Below, in pieces: positions 28,998 to 32,000 of a stretch of 32,000 nucleotides of DNA (the stretch's first letter is position 1; each line of letters opens with the position of its first letter). The notes below the pieces were generated by a model. That model saw only the letters and a list, made by a program, of their open reading frames with translations. It did no database searches and was not told the DNA's origin. The stretch is from Methanopyrus kandleri AV19 (lineage in GTDB: Archaea > JAADCQ01 > Methanopyri > Methanopyrales > Methanopyraceae). The stretch covers positions 570,001 to 602,000 of the forward strand of contig NC_003551.1 in NCBI RefSeq assembly GCF_000007185.1, given 5' to 3'. A program made the translations under genes and the position numbers.

Positions 28998-31020
28998 TTA
29001 GCGGCGCCGGAGGACCGCCAGCGCCGCCAGCAGCCCGGCCAGTACAACCATCGGGCTTACCGGTACTCCCTTCTTCATCCCGTTCTTGATCTCCTGTATT
29101 TCTGCGTTGATGTTGTTGATATCGCTCTTAATATTGGCTATCTCCGAGCTCATGGAGCCTATCTGCGCACTGAGCGTGCTGACGGCGTGCTCGAGGTTAC
29201 TCACACGCTGCTCCAGCGACGTCACGGGCGGGACGCCGGTTCCTAGCGCTACCGTGCGCAGACCCTCTAGGTAGTCGTTGAGGTCGATCTTGACGAGTAC
29301 CTTCGGTTCCTTGGCCCCGATTATGGTCACCAGTCCTGTCACCGGGTCGTAGGTGATCCCACCGACGGGCGTACCGTCCGGGTTGGTGGCCGACAGTCTA
29401 CCCGTCAGATCGAGGGTCTTCTGGTGTGCCATTCCGAAGAGGTCCTCCCAGCTGGCCTTGACGGTAATCGCACCGACGATCTTGTACGTCGGGCTCTCCG
29501 GGGTCACCGAGATAGTCTCGGCACTGAGATCGATAGTCACGTTGTGGACCACGACCGCTAGGTAGCAGTCCATGTTGGCTATGTCGATCACGAGTGCCGG
29601 GATCGCATTGGGCCAGGTGTTCAGGACGATCCCGTAGGCCGTGGGATAAACCTCCGAAACCATGTCACTGCTGACGCCGCCAGTCGCCTGAGCCACGATC
29701 TGACCGCTCGAGTACGTCACCTGCGCGGGTACCGTGGGTGTCTTCAGCTGGAACCCGTAGAACCCCGGCACCTCCTCGTCGATACCGATGTTGTCCTCAC
29801 CCGATACCTCGGGTACCTCCAGCACCACTACGTTCGGTACCATTCCCATCCAGCCAGGCGGAATTGGAATCATCTGGCGGTGTGTTCGGATCGTCGGCAG
29901 TACCCAGTACACGTTGTACGCCATCCCTCCAGAACCGACGAAGACGAACTGCTTGGTCGCGAATATCGGTGTTGCACCCACGCTCAGTGTTCTGAGCAGT
30001 GGAACCACACTGAGGCTTCCGTCCTTGACCAGGTAGCACTCACCGCTCGTGTCGGTAACGAGCAGGTACATGGGGCTACCTCCGTAGTACATCGAGATCG
30101 TCGCCGGCTGGTTACCTGCGGTCACGCTGAACGTGAGGCTGTCCGTGACGCTACCGTCGGCGGCGATCTTGAACACCACCGCGCTGGCAGGGTTAGCTGA
30201 GTCGTGCGCGACTATGTACGGACCGTCGGCATCGTCGATCACCACGTTGGTGAACCCTGCCGGCGGCGCGAGGGTCCTTACCACCGTCAAGCTCGGTGAG
30301 GACGGGTTGGTGATGTCGAGGACGGCGTACGCGTTGGTACCCAGTATCGCCAGCAGCAGGTGCGTGGCGTCTATCTTCGTCAGCTTAACGCCGCTGATAG
30401 TACCCGCCATTGTCACTGGGACCGTCGGATTCGGGGGAATCACCGTAATCACCGATGTGGTCGGGGCCGTCCAGATCTCCACGACGGGATTCAACGCAGC
30501 GTCGGTTCCGGTCACGGCGATGTACGCGTTACCGCCCACTTCGAGCGGGTGGAAGTCCGTCAGTGTGGTTATGGCGGTGGGCACACCGGGGTACGAAATC
30601 GGTGTGATCGGCAGGCCTGTCAATACCGTCAGTGTGTTCCCGCTGATGGTCGCGGTGCCGGTGTACCTGTAGATCGTACCGGTCGTGATGTCTATGTCTA
30701 CTTACGGTGAAGTCGATGTTGCCTCCCACCATCTCCGCTTTGGCTACCTTAGGCTGTGTGTATACTGTCGCAACTATGGGTGCTGTAGTCCATGCCTGGG
30801 TGGGAGGGTTGCCTGCCTCCACGGCGCCGAGATTACCGCTGTTGTCTATGACCAACGACGTGGGCTTGCTGGCTCCCTCTACGTTCAACCCTTGGACTGG
30901 CTGAGGGTTCAACGCCGCGTTGGTCTGCGTCAACCCGTGCGCCGGTCCTACGACGGCCAGCAGCACGGCGGTCAGGGCGGCCAGCCAGGCGGCCGGCCTG
31001 GGTAGGTTACCCAACTCCAT
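28998..31020 (-). pseudogene. Secreted/cell-surface protein with signal peptide, coiled coil and C-terminal hydrophobic anchor, interrupted by +1 frameshift near 30699-30705
   Basis: N-terminal part MELGNLPRPAAWLAALTAVLLAVVGPAHG...EMVGGNIDFTV (ORF 30529..31062 frame) joins VDIDITTGTIYRYTGTATISGNTLTVLTGLPITPIS... (ORF 28998..30623 frame), ending VSPMVVLAGLLAALAVLRRR. May be a functional frameshifted gene rather than a pseudogene. Confidence 0.75.
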
Positions 31021-31206
31021 TCCACCCCCTGCGAACCACATACACATGCGTTTCCTGAACACTTTAGTTTCCTGACTTCATGAGATGACACAACGCTCCT
31101 CTACAACCTAAATACGGGATTATGCGTTTCGGAAACGTCGGAGGCCGAAAAGTCACCGGCGTCACTAAATTAGCTGACTAGCCGAGGAGTGCAGGGGGGT
31201 GTTCGG

Positions 31207-31356
31207 ATGGCGAAGTTTCCGGAGGCGGAGGCCCGGATCTTCAACAAACTGATCTGCATGAAGTGTAACGCGAGGAACCCACCGGACGCCACGAAGTGCA
31301 GGAAGTGCGGGTACAAGGGACTACGACCCAAGGCCAGGGAGCCGAGAGGCGGTTAG
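31207..31356 (+). CDS. rpl40e: Ribosomal protein L40e
   Basis: Short ORF absent from the track: [49 protein letters not shown]. Confidence 0.93.
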   Translation: MAKFPEAEARIFNKLICMKCNARNPPDATKCRKCGYKGLRPKAREPRGG

Positions 31357-31359
31357 ACC

Positions 31360-32000
31360 ATGGGCGTGTTCGGGTACTTGCGGGAGCGCACCCCCTGTCA
31401 TCTCACCCTGCTCGACCCCGTGGACGTGGGTCCGGAGGAGGTCCCGGAGGTCCTGGAGTCGCTGGTGAAGGCGGGCACGGACGCGGTGATGGTCGGCGGT
31501 TCGACTGCGCACGCATCGCAGGTGGAAGCGGTGGTGGAGGCGATCCGGGAGGTCGCGGACGTCCCGGTGATCCTGTTCCCGAACGGCCCGGAAGGTCTCG
31601 CGCCGAACGCGGACGCGGTGCTGTTCATGAGCCTACTCAACTCGCGGAACACGTACTACCTGATCGAGGCGCAGGTGAAGGGCGCGCCGTTGGTGGAGCG
31701 GTTCGGGCTGGAATCGATCCCGACGGGCTACCTGATCGTGGGCGAGTGGGGTACGACCGTCTCGGTGGTCGGAGACGCGCGGGTGATCCCGTTCGATCGG
31801 GTCGAGGTGATCGTCGCGTACGCGCTGGCGGCGAAGCACCTGGGCATGAAGGCGGTGTACCTGGAGGCGGGGAGCGGTGCGCCGGAGCCGGTGCCGCCCG
31901 AGGTGGTGCGGCGAGTCTCGGGGATCGGGGTGTTCACGATCGTGGGCGGCGGTATCCGGAGCCCGGAGACCGCACGGGAGCTCGCCGAGGCGGGCGCGGA
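31360..32000 (+). CDS. Geranylgeranylglyceryl phosphate synthase, 3' truncated by window
   Basis: MGVFGYLRERTPCHLTLLDPVDV...AGTDAVMVGGSTAHASQ...PVILFPNGPEGLAPNADAVLFMSLLNSRNTYYLIEAQ...PTGYLIVGEWGTTVSVV...VYLEAGSGAPEPV...GGGIRSPETARELAEAGA. Confidence 0.92.
   Translation, partial: MGVFGYLRERTPCHLTLLDPVDVGPEEVPEVLESLVKAGTDAVMVGGSTAHASQVEAVVEAIREVADVPVILFPNGPEGLAPNADAVLFMSLLNSRNTYYLIEAQVKGAPLVERFGLESIPTGYLIVGEWGTTVSVVGDARVIPFDRVEVIVAYALAAKHLGMKAVYLEAGSGAPEPVPPEVVRRVSGIGVFTIVGGGIRSPETARELAEAGA

Noticed and set aside
30133-30672. 179-aa plus-strand ORF inside the surface protein gene
   Set aside because: Shadow ORF antisense to a coherent beta-rich protein that continues through both frames with signal peptide and anchor.

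Overview
This is a GC-rich archaeal window. The gene content, pseudomurein-methanogen character, selenocysteine decoding and C8-containing tRNA genes all point to Methanopyrus kandleri or a very close relative (inference; I had no database access). It holds about 25 protein genes: PPC/DUF296 (partial), map, archaeal Lon-like AAA, dnaG, gap, tfb, a PUA/PAPS-reductase-like + MJ0158-type PLP cluster, argH, mch, aroA, aroC, a class V aminotransferase, Sua5/YrdC, a FkbM-type methyltransferase, Tsr3, L40e and GGGP synthase (partial). It also holds tRNA-Val(UAC), tRNA-Leu(GAG) and a complete 23S rRNA with no adjacent 16S or 5S. The main items the supplied ORF track hides are: (1) an MvhD/VhuD-type selenoprotein with two in-frame UGA codons and a near-perfect 3'UTR archaeal SECIS; (2) two paralogous double-V4R-like genes beside aroA and aroC, one broken by an in-frame TAA and the other by a frameshift/deletion; (3) a signal-peptide to C-terminal-anchor surface protein split by a clean +1 frameshift; (4) an archaeal Lon homologue without its protease domain and with a zinc ribbon where the membrane insertion normally lies; (5) a canonical bulge-helix-bulge processing stem bracketing the 23S; (6) C at position 8 in both tRNA genes; (7) a repeated intergenic GAATCGTTATG dyad motif. 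No CRISPR array, transposase or prophage was seen.
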